A stretch of 64,000 nt of DNA from Candidatus Kuenenia stuttgartensis (GCA_945870505.1 CAMBSN010000003.1:824-64823); one strand, 5' to 3'. Positions 6,845-15,438 are shown, numbered from the stretch's first letter. Notes: generated by a model not told the origin, from the sequence alone. Made by a program: numbers and translations.

Positions 6845-8810
6845 GCCCCGGCCCCCAGAGGTCATCCTCCTGCCCCTCGCCGGCAGCCTCGGGCTCGCCT
6901 CGGCCACCGTCGCCGTCACGATCTCTATTACCCCCGCTGACCTCAGGCCCCGGCGGCAGGAGGGTGATGGCGTCGGAGTCGGCGCAGCCGGTCGGGGTCG
7001 CCTCCGCGCCAGCACCGCCGTCACCGCCCTCCGCGTCCGTGCCCTTCACCTCCGACAAGCCCTTCACGGCGAGAGCGTAGGCCACGCGGCGTCCCCCGAG
7101 CGGCCGGCTTACGATCATCGCCTGCACCGTCCGCTCGCCCACCTCGACCTCGACGGGCACCTTGAGCACCCCGTTGAGGTACTGCGAGGCGGCGGTCTTC
7201 TGCTTATCCGGCGTCGTGCATGCGGCCGTGATGACGCCGGCGCCGGCAAGGTAATGCACCCAGTCCTTCTGCTCCCTCGGGTTCGCCGGCCGGGGTCCAC
7301 GCTTAAACTCGTCGTCAGCGGCCTCGATGTCACCTTCGACCTCCAACACGAACGACTTATCCCTGCTGTCAATTAAGCGCTCCGCGATGGCGACCAACTG
7401 CTGGTGCGTCGTCGAGTGCTGGCGCACCTCCTCTCGGGCGTTTGACAGGAAGCCCGGCAGGCCGTTAGCGGCAAGGATGCTGCCGACGGTGTTGCTGAAC
7501 TTCTCGAACCGACCCGGCGTGTGGACTATTATGCGGCCGGCATCAAGCCACCGGCGCACCATCCCCGCCGCCTCGGCCAAGATCCCCGCCCGGTTCGTCT
7601 TCACGAACCCGACGACCTCGTCCTCGGTCACAGCGTATTGGTGTGCGCCCGGATCACCTTCGTAGTGCATCCGAATGTGGATGCACCGTGACAAAAGGTC
7701 GTCGCTCGGGGCCCCGTTGTTTGTTGTAAACAGCCAGAGGATGTCATTTGGCTTTCGAATCTTGTTTTGGGTGAAGAATCCGCGAGGACCGAGTTCGGAA
7801 TCCGTTATGTTTGCCTCAAGTGTCGGGTGGTTGATCTTCCCCTTCTGGTTGTCGAAAAACAGCGTCGTGCGGCCATCGTTCAGTTCACTAGCGATCTGGT
7901 TTTCGATCTCCCTCGCACCGCTCTCTAACGACGTAGGTGCCGCTTGCTTGCCGTCCTTGAGGATGGCGAGGCACTGCGCCGCCAAGGATTTGCCGATGCC
8001 GGGCTTGTTGCCCCAAAACATCATGGCGGGGTGTCCGGCTTCGATGAACAGGGGCATCAGTACGGTCATCAATGGCCCAGCGATGCAGTTGATGAGATCG
8101 ATCGGCGACTTCCAGTGAAACCCCCGCACCCACTCGCGCATCAATGGCGGTAGGCGATCCAGCACCTCCCTGACGGTCGCCGGCGCCGTGAGGCTCAATC
8201 CCAAGGGTGGCAAGTCAATTGGATCGAAGGACTCCCCGCACACGAGAATGCGCTGGCTCTCGTGGTAGCCCGCGTCGAGCCAGACGAAGTCGTTGTCGAA
8301 CACCGGGTGGCTCGTGAGGAGCCTCGCCTCAGGGATCGACGCCATGAAGTTGTCCATGACGACCACCTGCTGGAGCACCGATTGTGGCACTGGAAACTGC
8401 ACGGGATACACCGAAGGTTGATCCACCTTCGCGCCCTTGCCGGTCGAGTTCGCCTTCATCTCCCGGCAATAGACGACGTTGCTTACCAGCGCGGACGCAG
8501 TCTTGGTGGCGACGCCATCGACGGCAAGTGGCGTGACGTGGCAGGCGCCTTCGGGGAGATGGCCGTTGGTCAGGAAGACAACCGTGTTGCCTTGACGGAA
8601 CACTCGACCGCAGTCTTTGAGGCAGTTCCTGATCGTATCGAGCGTCTCGGTCGCCTCGCCGATGATCAAGCCGCTCGACGTGACGTTGGTGATCAGCCGG
8701 GGGCCGGTGACGCCGCGGGCCATGGCGACCGCGGCAGACCGAGCCTGCCGCAGATCACGCATGATCCAGTTGTGGGCGCCGCGGCGGTTGAAGTCTGCAA
8801 AACTAACCAC
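6837..8810 (-). CDS. Primase-associated P-loop helicase/ATPase (SF3/AAA+-like)
   Basis: Walker A GNKPGIGKS, Walker B LFFDN, TTNN sensor, DLLSR Arg finger; GTG at 8810 with GAGGA SD overlapping the primase stop. Confidence 0.8.
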   Translation of the reverse strand: MVSFADFNRRGAHNWIMRDLRQARSAAVAMARGVTGPRLITNVTSSGLIIGEATETLDTIRNCLKDCGRVFRQGNTVVFLTNGHLPEGACHVTPLAVDGVATKTASALVSNVVYCREMKANSTGKGAKVDQPSVYPVQFPVPQSVLQQVVVMDNFMASIPEARLLTSHPVFDNDFVWLDAGYHESQRILVCGESFDPIDLPPLGLSLTAPATVREVLDRLPPLMREWVRGFHWKSPIDLINCIAGPLMTVLMPLFIEAGHPAMMFWGNKPGIGKSLAAQCLAILKDGKQAAPTSLESGAREIENQIASELNDGRTTLFFDNQKGKINHPTLEANITDSELGPRGFFTQNKIRKPNDILWLFTTNNGAPSDDLLSRCIHIRMHYEGDPGAHQYAVTEDEVVGFVKTNRAGILAEAAGMVRRWLDAGRIIVHTPGRFEKFSNTVGSILAANGLPGFLSNAREEVRQHSTTHQQLVAIAERLIDSRDKSFVLEVEGDIEAADDEFKRGPRPANPREQKDWVHYLAGAGVITAACTTPDKQKTAASQYLNGVLKVPVEVEVGERTVQAMIVSRPLGGRRVAYALAVKGLSEVKGTDAEGGDGGAGAEATPTGCADSDAITLLPPGPEVSGGNRDRDGDGGRGEPEAAGEGQEDDLWGPGRG

Positions 8811-9639
8811 GGGAGTCCTCTCTCTTGTCGAGGAACGTGGGGGAATAGAAGAGGTACACCATCGCGGCGGCATCCACCCGCCCGCACTCGTAGCACTCGA
8901 CCTGCCAGTTACCGACGACCCCCAGCGTGTGGGTGGTCGCTCCGCACAGTGGGCAGGGCGACGCTCGCTCGCCGCCGAAGAACAGCCGCATCCACAGGCG
9001 GGCCGGAGCGTTTGCCAACCGCTGGTTAAGGTCGAGGATCTCAGCGCGAGTGATCGGCTCGCCCTTGCGCAGCACCCGAACCTTCCTAGGCGGGTCGACC
9101 TTCGTGTTGCGTGCCCCGACCGGCCGGGTCATAGCGACGATGCCGTTAAGGCTCGGATCACCCGGCAGCACGTTCCGCAGCCCTCGGGCGATCTTGTCCC
9201 AGTGGCGAGCGTCGTCGCCGGCACAGATGATCGGCTCGTCCAGCATCAGGAGCACGTGCAGGCCGTGGCCGCTGTCCCGGACCTGCGCTTTGGCGAGCAC
9301 CGGGTCGCGGTCGAGCCAGTGTCTGACGTGCTGCTTGTATAAGGCTGCCGGCGACCGAACGCATTCCTCGCCGACGATGGCGGGGTCGAGGATCTTGCAG
9401 TCGAGGTCCGACATGAAGGCATGGATCGAGGCGACCTCTTCGACCTTCGTTGCGATCTGATTGGCTGGGCCGCATTCGCGCCCGTTCACGAGCGACTCCC
9501 GCTCGTCGTTGGCACCGTGATCGTGAGCCCGCGAATGGGTGGCGGCGGAGTGTGGCGGCTGACCGGGTACGCCTCCATCTAATTGCTGCTCGTCACGGTG
9601 CTTGGTCGCCCGCTTCGAGCGACCCTTCTTCTCTCGCAT
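8803..9639 (-). CDS. AEP-superfamily (RepB'-like) primase with C-terminal Zn finger
   Basis: SDLD, DSGHGLHVLL, RPVGARNTK and CPLC-x14-CYEC; ATG at 9639 preceded by GGAGA. Confidence 0.75.
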   Translation of the reverse strand: MREKKGRSKRATKHRDEQQLDGGVPGQPPHSAATHSRAHDHGANDERESLVNGRECGPANQIATKVEEVASIHAFMSDLDCKILDPAIVGEECVRSPAALYKQHVRHWLDRDPVLAKAQVRDSGHGLHVLLMLDEPIICAGDDARHWDKIARGLRNVLPGDPSLNGIVAMTRPVGARNTKVDPPRKVRVLRKGEPITRAEILDLNQRLANAPARLWMRLFFGGERASPCPLCGATTHTLGVVGNWQVECYECGRVDAAAMVYLFYSPTFLDKREDSRG

Positions 9640-9738
9640 CTCGATGTCTCCGTTCTTCGTGTTCGACGGCGGCGTGCACGTCGTTCCCCCAACATGGCGA
9701 TATCGCCGGCGATCGCAAGAGACTTCGGACGTTCGATC

Positions 9739-9797
9739 GCGAGTCGACTCCCGTGTTGAAGGGAGTCGGACTCCCAAACACAAGGGAGTCGACTCGC
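9739..9797. promoter_or_regulatory. Tripartite palindromic operator between divergent genes
   Basis: GCGAGTCGACTCCC (9739-9752), GGGAGTCGGACTCCC (9761-9775), GGGAGTCGACTCGC (9784-9797); centres 22.5 bp apart. Confidence 0.65.
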
Positions 9798-9911
9798 TCG
9801 CGCAACCATTCCCAAGTCCAACTCCGCCGCTACCCTCGAAGTTGTCGTGGTCGAAGTGCACCACGACGAAACCTTCACGGCCGCGCAACGCGGCAGGAAA
9901 CGGAGCGAGTT

Positions 9912-10655
9912 ATGTCGGCGACGACGATCGAGATGAGCGATGCAGCAGTAGTTGATGCGCCGGTGGCGGCGACGTTGATCGTGGTGAACGACGGGACGAC
10001 GGCGGCCACGACGCCCGCGGCAGCCATGGAAGCGATGGTGGTTCGCGGCACTCCTTTAGTACCGGCCGCCGACGGTGAGCGTGGCGGCAACGGCGATGGT
10101 GGAGGCGGGGCGGAACCATATAAGGAGTCCGCGCCTCCGCCCTTGGAGGTCATCGGCGGCTATACAGTCCACCCGGTGGCCACGCTGTTCCCCTTGATGG
10201 CCGGCGACGAGTTCGAGGGCCTAGTCGAGTCGATCGGTAAGAACGGCCTCCGAGACCCGATCGTGCTGCAGGGGAACATGCTAATCGAGGGCCGCAACCG
10301 CATGCGGGCCGTCGAGTTGCTCAAGGCCCGGGGCGTGAACGTCACCTTGCTCACGGTCCCGTGGCAGCCGCGACCGGGTGAGACCGCCGCGCAGTACATC
10401 ACCGACAAGAACATCCATCGGCGGCACCTCACCGACGCCCAGCGAGCCCAGATCGTCGCCGAGATCGTCCCCGTGATCGAGGCGGAGTTGGCGGCGGAGA
10501 GGGTGAAGACCCAGATCAAGTCGGGGGAGGACTTCAATGCCCGCGTCGAGCGGGCGTGGGAGCACATCAAGGCGGCCCACTTCAGCGTCGAGGAGCACGA
10601 GCGGCTGCGGGAGGTGCTCGCGGCGAGGATCGAGGAGGGTGTGAGAAATGCGTGA
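9912..10655 (+). CDS. ParB/Srx N-terminal-domain protein
   Basis: HPVATLFPLM...LVESIGKNGLRDPIVL...LIEGRNRMRA...NIHRRHLTDAQRA; ATG 9912 with GGAG SD. Confidence 0.8.
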   Translation: MSATTIEMSDAAVVDAPVAATLIVVNDGTTAATTPAAAMEAMVVRGTPLVPAADGERGGNGDGGGGAEPYKESAPPPLEVIGGYTVHPVATLFPLMAGDEFEGLVESIGKNGLRDPIVLQGNMLIEGRNRMRAVELLKARGVNVTLLTVPWQPRPGETAAQYITDKNIHRRHLTDAQRAQIVAEIVPVIEAELAAERVKTQIKSGEDFNARVERAWEHIKAAHFSVEEHERLREVLAARIEEGVRNA

Positions 10656-10890
10656 GAATGGCAACGTGGACTCAGATCGTGAGACGCTATTGGATGAGCG
10701 GGCCGCCGCGAGGTTCCTCGGCATCTGTCCTCGGAAGTTGTGGGGTCTCGCGAACAAGGGTGTCGTCCCCTTCATCAGGATCGGCGTAAAGTCAAAGCGA
10801 TATTCCCAAAAGGATCTCGAAGACTTTATCGCGGCGAGCCGTCAAAGATCACCCGAACCAGCCGGTACCCAACAAGACGATGTCGTCTAA
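10648..10890 (+). CDS. Excisionase-like HTH DNA-binding protein
   Basis: LLDERAAARFLGI...GVVPFIRIG...RYSQKDLEDFI; directly upstream of the integrase. Confidence 0.85.
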   Translation: MRENGNVDSDRETLLDERAAARFLGICPRKLWGLANKGVVPFIRIGVKSKRYSQKDLEDFIAASRQRSPEPAGTQQDDVV

Positions 10891-10929
10891 CACGTCGATC
10901 GCTACAACGAATAAAAGGAGGAGTAAGCA

Positions 10930-12378
10930 ATGGCTTCGATTGGAAATGATCCCGGGGGCCGCCGCCGGATATTGTTTGTTGGTATGGACGGAAAACGGCA
11001 CACCGTCCGCTTGGGGAAAATGCCAAAGCGTGCCGCCGAAGAAGTGAAGCGTCGTGTCGAGGAACTGATTGCCGCGCAAATCAGCCGTAGTCCGATCGAC
11101 GCAGAGACCGCGCGCTGGGTGGCGGACCTGCCCGAGACCATGGTCACCCGCTTTGCCGCGGCTGGACTGGTAGCCGCACGGGAGCGGAAGGTCACGGTGC
11201 CGCTCAAGAAGTTTCTCGACGCCTTCGTGGAGCGCAAGCGGAGGGTGAAGCCCGCCACCAAGGAAATCTGGGGGCAGGTCATCCGGAATCTCATCGACTG
11301 CTTCGGCGCGGATCACGACGTCGCGGCGGTAACCGAGGAGGACGCTGAAAAATTCAAGGATTATCTGATCGATCAGAAACTGGCCCGAACCACCATCTCG
11401 AAGCGGCTGCAGTTCACCCGCGGATTCTTCAAGTTCGCCGTCAAGAAGAAGTTGATCGTGCAGAACCCGTTCGCAGAGGTGTCCGAAGTCGCCGTCGGCC
11501 TGCCGAACACGAAGAGGTTTATTTCACATGAGGAGACGACGGCCCTGATGGCGGCCAGTGACCTGATGTGGCAGACCATCATCGCCCTTGCCCGTTATGG
11601 CGGGCTTCGGTGCCCGAGCGAGGTTGCTTCGCTGCGGTGGGAAGACATCGACTGGAACAGTGGCCGCATGACCGTCACGTCGCCAAAAACCGAGCATCAC
11701 GAAGGGAAGGAGACTCGTGTGCTGCCAATCTTCCCGGAACTGGCCCCTGTGCTCGCCGCCGCTTTCGAGGCCGCAGAGGACGGCGCGGTTTACGTGATCG
11801 GCGGCAATGTACGGGCCAAAGCGTTGCAGCCACGCGGATGGCGATCGTGCAACCTGCGGACTCAGTTCGGCAGGATCATCAAGCGGGCCGGGCTGAAGGC
11901 GTGGCCGCGCCTGTTCCACAATCTCCGCGCGAGCCGGGAGACCGAGTTGCTCCGCGAGCACCCCATCCACGTCGTGACGGCGTGGCTGGGTAACTCGCCG
12001 CGGATCGCCCTCAAGCACTACTGCATGGTCACCGACCACGACTTTGACCGTGCCCGAGGTGTGGCTGCGGCCGCCGTCAACCAGGGAGTCGGTTCCGCGA
12101 CACCTCCCATCGAACCGGCCGCCTTAAACACCCAGTCCTCTATAGAGGTATCGGCACCGGAGGGGCGCGGCACAGAATCCGGCACAGTCGTGGCACAAAA
12201 TGCGGCACAGCAACCGCACGCAGCCACTAGTAAGGTTTCGCACGCTTCGGGCGCAAAGCCTTCGCCCACCGTCACTTCTGCGAGTTCCTGCGACTCGCTG
12301 CGAAACCCTGCGAAACCCAAAAACGGAGAGGGCGGGATTCGAACCCGCGGTCCAGCTTTTGACCGGACACGTCTTTAG
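10930..12378 (+). CDS. Tyrosine recombinase/integrase
   Basis: GGLRCPSE, SPKTE, FHNLRAS, WLGNS, KHY; AGGAGGAG SD; low-complexity tail reads into the tRNA antisense strand. Confidence 0.93.
   Translation: MASIGNDPGGRRRILFVGMDGKRHTVRLGKMPKRAAEEVKRRVEELIAAQISRSPIDAETARWVADLPETMVTRFAAAGLVAARERKVTVPLKKFLDAFVERKRRVKPATKEIWGQVIRNLIDCFGADHDVAAVTEEDAEKFKDYLIDQKLARTTISKRLQFTRGFFKFAVKKKLIVQNPFAEVSEVAVGLPNTKRFISHEETTALMAASDLMWQTIIALARYGGLRCPSEVASLRWEDIDWNSGRMTVTSPKTEHHEGKETRVLPIFPELAPVLAAAFEAAEDGAVYVIGGNVRAKALQPRGWRSCNLRTQFGRIIKRAGLKAWPRLFHNLRASRETELLREHPIHVVTAWLGNSPRIALKHYCMVTDHDFDRARGVAAAAVNQGVGSATPPIEPAALNTQSSIEVSAPEGRGTESGTVVAQNAAQQPHAATSKVSHASGAKPSPTVTSASSCDSLRNPAKPKNGEGGIRTRGPAFDRTRL
12169..12318. 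repeat. Phased direct repeats next to att (putative arm-type and Xis sites)
   Basis: GGCACA at 12169, 12181, 12192, 12204; CTGCGA at 12278, 12288, 12298, 12308. Confidence 0.6.
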
Positions 12379-12413
12379 CAAAGACGCGCATTCGACCACT
12401 CTGCCACCTCTCC
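12324..12413 (-). tRNA. tRNA-Ser(GCT)
   Basis: GGAGAGG/CCTCTCC acceptor stem, CGTCT-TTGCTAA-AGACG anticodon arm, long variable arm, GTTCGAATC T loop; no encoded CCA. Confidence 0.95.
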
Positions 12414-12573
12414 TGCACCGGATCGCCTCCCAGGCCGACGCGACTTTCCCAGACGGGAAGGTCGCCCCGGACTCGGCCGACGGAACCGGGAAGAAACCCC
12501 GTGGTCCGGGGAAATCCTTCGCCGACTATTCTGGACGCCACTCTGGCGTCCCGCAAGGAGGCAGCGCCGAACC

Positions 12574-13908
12574 GTGTCGCACACACCCTCTTCACCCGGC
12601 AACACACCCCGCCCAGGCCGCAGGCTCGCCTGCGCAGCGTTGGCGTTCGGGCTCGCCGCAGCCGCCACTTCCGCCGCCTCTACGGCCGCAGAGATGATGT
12701 CGGCTGCCCACGCCACGATCCGGGCATCGGATGCCGGCCGCCACGTGGGCGTATTGGCCGATGACTCGTTCGAGGGTCGGGAAGGGGGCAGCCGGGGCGG
12801 CCGTGCCGCAGCCACCTACATCGTCGAGCAACTTACCAAACTCGGGATTCCGCCGGCGGGCGACTCCGGCACGTATTACCAGCCATTCGGCGGCATGCGC
12901 AACATCCTCGCCCTCATCGACGGGAGCGATCCGGAACTGGCGAAGGAGGTGATCGTAGTGGGCGCCCACTACGACCACGTGGGCTACGGCAACGCCGACA
13001 ACAGCTACGGCCCCTTCGGCTACGTCCACAACGGAGCCGATGACAACGCGTCGGGAGTGGCCGGGCTCCTGGAAATGGTCGAGGCCATCGGCCACCTCCC
13101 GGAACGCCCTCGGCGGTCGATCCTGATCGCCTTCTGGGATGGCGAGGAGAAGGGACTGCTGGGGTCTTACCACTTCCTCCGCGTCGCGCCCCAGGGGATG
13201 GCGGGCCGGCGGGTGGTGCTGTCGGTCAACCTCGACATGATCGGACGCCTGCGGGGCAACCGCCTCGAAGTCTACGGCAGTCGCACGGCACACGGCTTGC
13301 GGGAGATAGTCGTTCAGGCCAACAACCGCCCGTCGCATGCCGCCGGGCTCGATCTGTCTTTCGTCTGGGACATCGAGGAAGACTCCGACCACTATCCGTT
13401 CATCGCCGCCCGAATCCCGACGGTGATGTTCCATACCGGCCTCCACGACCACTACCACCGGCCCAGCGACGACGTGCACCTCGTGAACCTGCCTGGCATC
13501 GAGCCGGTGGCGCGGCTCGCACTCGGCTTCGTGGCGGCCGTCGCCAATGACCCGGCATCGATCCCGCCATTTCGCGGCGAGTGCCGTACCGAATCGAACA
13601 CCACTCGCAACCGGCTCGAAGCGGCAATCCCGGACACCGACGGTAGTCCTCGAGGCCGCTGGGGGATCGGCACGCGAAACGACTCAGGGGAGCCCGATGC
13701 ACCCGTGATCATCCGCGTATGGCGTGATTCTCCGGCGAATCGTGCCGGCATGATGCCAGGCGACCGAATCATGGCCATCGACGACGCCAGGATCTCATCG
13801 CACGCCGACATGCTTGAGCGGCTGAAGGCCGCCGGCACGACCACCGTCATCGACGTGGAGCGGCGGGGGCATGTCACCCGCCTCGAACTCAGCGACACGG
13901 CCCCCTGA
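12574..13908 (+). CDS. M28 family peptidase with C-terminal PDZ domain
   Basis: GAHYDH, GADDNASG, GEEKGLLGS, NLDMIG, SDH, YHRPSDD; SPANRAGMMPGDRI. Confidence 0.9.
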   Translation: MSHTPSSPGNTPRPGRRLACAALAFGLAAAATSAASTAAEMMSAAHATIRASDAGRHVGVLADDSFEGREGGSRGGRAAATYIVEQLTKLGIPPAGDSGTYYQPFGGMRNILALIDGSDPELAKEVIVVGAHYDHVGYGNADNSYGPFGYVHNGADDNASGVAGLLEMVEAIGHLPERPRRSILIAFWDGEEKGLLGSYHFLRVAPQGMAGRRVVLSVNLDMIGRLRGNRLEVYGSRTAHGLREIVVQANNRPSHAAGLDLSFVWDIEEDSDHYPFIAARIPTVMFHTGLHDHYHRPSDDVHLVNLPGIEPVARLALGFVAAVANDPASIPPFRGECRTESNTTRNRLEAAIPDTDGSPRGRWGIGTRNDSGEPDAPVIIRVWRDSPANRAGMMPGDRIMAIDDARISSHADMLERLKAAGTTTVIDVERRGHVTRLELSDTAP

Positions 13909-13943
13909 CCAGTCGCGAGCCCCTGCCACACACATCAGCCGGG

Positions 13944-13971
13944 AAAAAAGACGGGCCCCTCATCGGGGCCC
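13944..13971 (-). terminator. Rho-independent terminator
   Basis: GGGCCCC-gatga-GGGGCCC hairpin followed by gtcTTTTTT on the minus strand, downstream of the acidic protein gene. Confidence 0.7.
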
Positions 13972-14031
13972 AGTTTGCGTGAGCAGGTCGACCGAGTTCG
14001 CCGACAAAAGAGCGGACTCGGGCGATGACGA

Positions 14032-14523
14032 TCAGTCGTCATCGTCGTCATCTTCCTCGTCCTCATCCTCGTCTTCCCAGTCCTCGTCGTCGTCTTCCCA
14101 GTCCTCGTCCTCTTCCTCTTCCTCGTCGTCCTCTTCCTCTTCTTCCTCGTCATCTTCCTCGTCGGAGTCGTCTTCGTCTTCGACCTCCTCCCACTCCTCC
14201 TCCTCCTCGTCCTCGTCGTCTTCCTCCTCTTCGTCTTCGTCCTCGTAATCGTCGTCTTCTTCATCCTCGTCGTCGTAATCGTCGTCTTCGCCACCATCCT
14301 TGTCGGCTTCGTCACCGGCAGCGACGAGCCTGTCGTCTCGAAGCGTCCACCTGCCGTCCAACGTTGCGTCATCAGCGCGGTTGCCCGTAGCGACCGGCTC
14401 GCACGACGTCCCACATGCGTCGAAAAGGTCTACTGCGGCGAGCAACTCAGGCAGTTCGTTCCACGAGAACACGTCTGCGTCCCGAACATCTCGATGCTCA
14501 CGGCCACTTGCAGCGATCGTCAC
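14032..14523 (-). CDS. Extremely acidic (Asp/Glu tract) protein
   Basis: GTG start with AGGAGG SD; C-terminal half almost only D/E with spaced W/Y; mixed GAN codons; downstream terminator. Confidence 0.7.
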   Translation of the reverse strand: MTIAASGREHRDVRDADVFSWNELPELLAAVDLFDACGTSCEPVATGNRADDATLDGRWTLRDDRLVAAGDEADKDGGEDDDYDDEDEEDDDYEDEDEEEEDDEDEEEEEWEEVEDEDDSDEEDDEEEEEEDDEEEEEDEDWEDDDEDWEDEDEDEEDDDDDD

Positions 14524-14703
14524 GGCAAAAACCTCCTAGAACTGATCAACAACGACACCACCGAACATTTCTCTACCTGATCGCTCCAGCATCGTCCAAT
14601 CGACAGGCGAAAAAACACCTGTCTTCGGAAAGCTGCGGGCGGCCCGGCGAGGCAGACAGTGTGTCCACCGCCCGCGGAGCGTGCAAGTCGCTCGCCCGAG
14701 GAT

Positions 14704-15438
14704 TCAGCCGCCGCCAGCCCCCGTCTCGCTGGCATCGCCCTCGGCATTCCCGGCAGCGGACTCCACGGCAGGCAGATCCTCGATCCTGGCGAGCCCAAAA
14801 GACCCCAAAAACCGCCGGGTCGTGACGTACACGTTGGGCCGGCCGAGGTCCTCGGCCCGCCCGCCAACCGCGACAAAATCGCGTTCCAGCAGATGCCGGA
14901 GCATCTCCTCGCTGCCGACCCCACGGATCGCCTCGATCTCGGCCCGGGTGACCGGCTGCCGATAGGCCACGATCGCCAGCGTTTCGAGGGCCGCCGCGGA
15001 CAGACGGCTCGCGGAAGGCTGGTCGAGGAGCCGGCGAACCCAGGGTCCGAATGGACCACGGGTGAGCAGTTGGTATCCGCCGGCAATGTGCTCGACGCGA
15101 AACGCCGCGCCGGAGGCGTCGTGAAGCCGACGCAGTTCCCGGAGCAGTGCCCGCGCCCGCGTGCCATCTGGCAGCCCTGCAAGCTTCGCCAGTCGGCGGG
15201 TCGTCAAAGGCTCGCGGGCCAGGAACATGGCTGCTTCGAGGCGGGCCAGTTCGTCAGTCCGCACGTGCTGGCCGAGCGCCGGGTGCTCCTTGACCGCCTG
15301 GTCGGTCCGGTCGCCCAGAAACCACCGCCGTCGGCCTGAGGACAGCCCCGTCACCAACGACCCCGCCCCTGGTGCCGCAAGGCACGAGGCGAGCGTCTGT
15401 GTCGTGCCGCGTCGACCATGCATCGCGAACGGGTTCAT
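14704..15438 (-). CDS. scpB: SMC-Scp complex subunit ScpB
   Basis: LEAAMF, AGGYQLLT, LSAAALETLAIVAYRQPVTRAEIEAIRGV, GRPNVYVTTRRFL. Confidence 0.93.
   Translation of the reverse strand: MNPFAMHGRRGTTQTLASCLAAPGAGSLVTGLSSGRRRWFLGDRTDQAVKEHPALGQHVRTDELARLEAAMFLAREPLTTRRLAKLAGLPDGTRARALLRELRRLHDASGAAFRVEHIAGGYQLLTRGPFGPWVRRLLDQPSASRLSAAALETLAIVAYRQPVTRAEIEAIRGVGSEEMLRHLLERDFVAVGGRAEDLGRPNVYVTTRRFLGSFGLARIEDLPAVESAAGNAEGDASETGAGGG

Larger units (their letters stand above)
1..12360. mobile_element. tRNA-Ser-integrated element (int, xis, ParB-like, primase, helicase, PolA, cargo); left boundary not seen
   Basis: Integrase abuts and overlaps the 3' end of tRNA-Ser; replication module and HTH are adjacent; no duplicate of the tRNA 3' end found by eye in 1-12323, so the left limit is unknown. 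Confidence 0.8.

Noticed and set aside
13871-14414. Poly-Ser, Arg/Pro-rich and Thr/Arg/Lys-rich ORFs
   Set aside because: Alternative frames of the Asp/Glu tract; only the acidic frame has a strong SD
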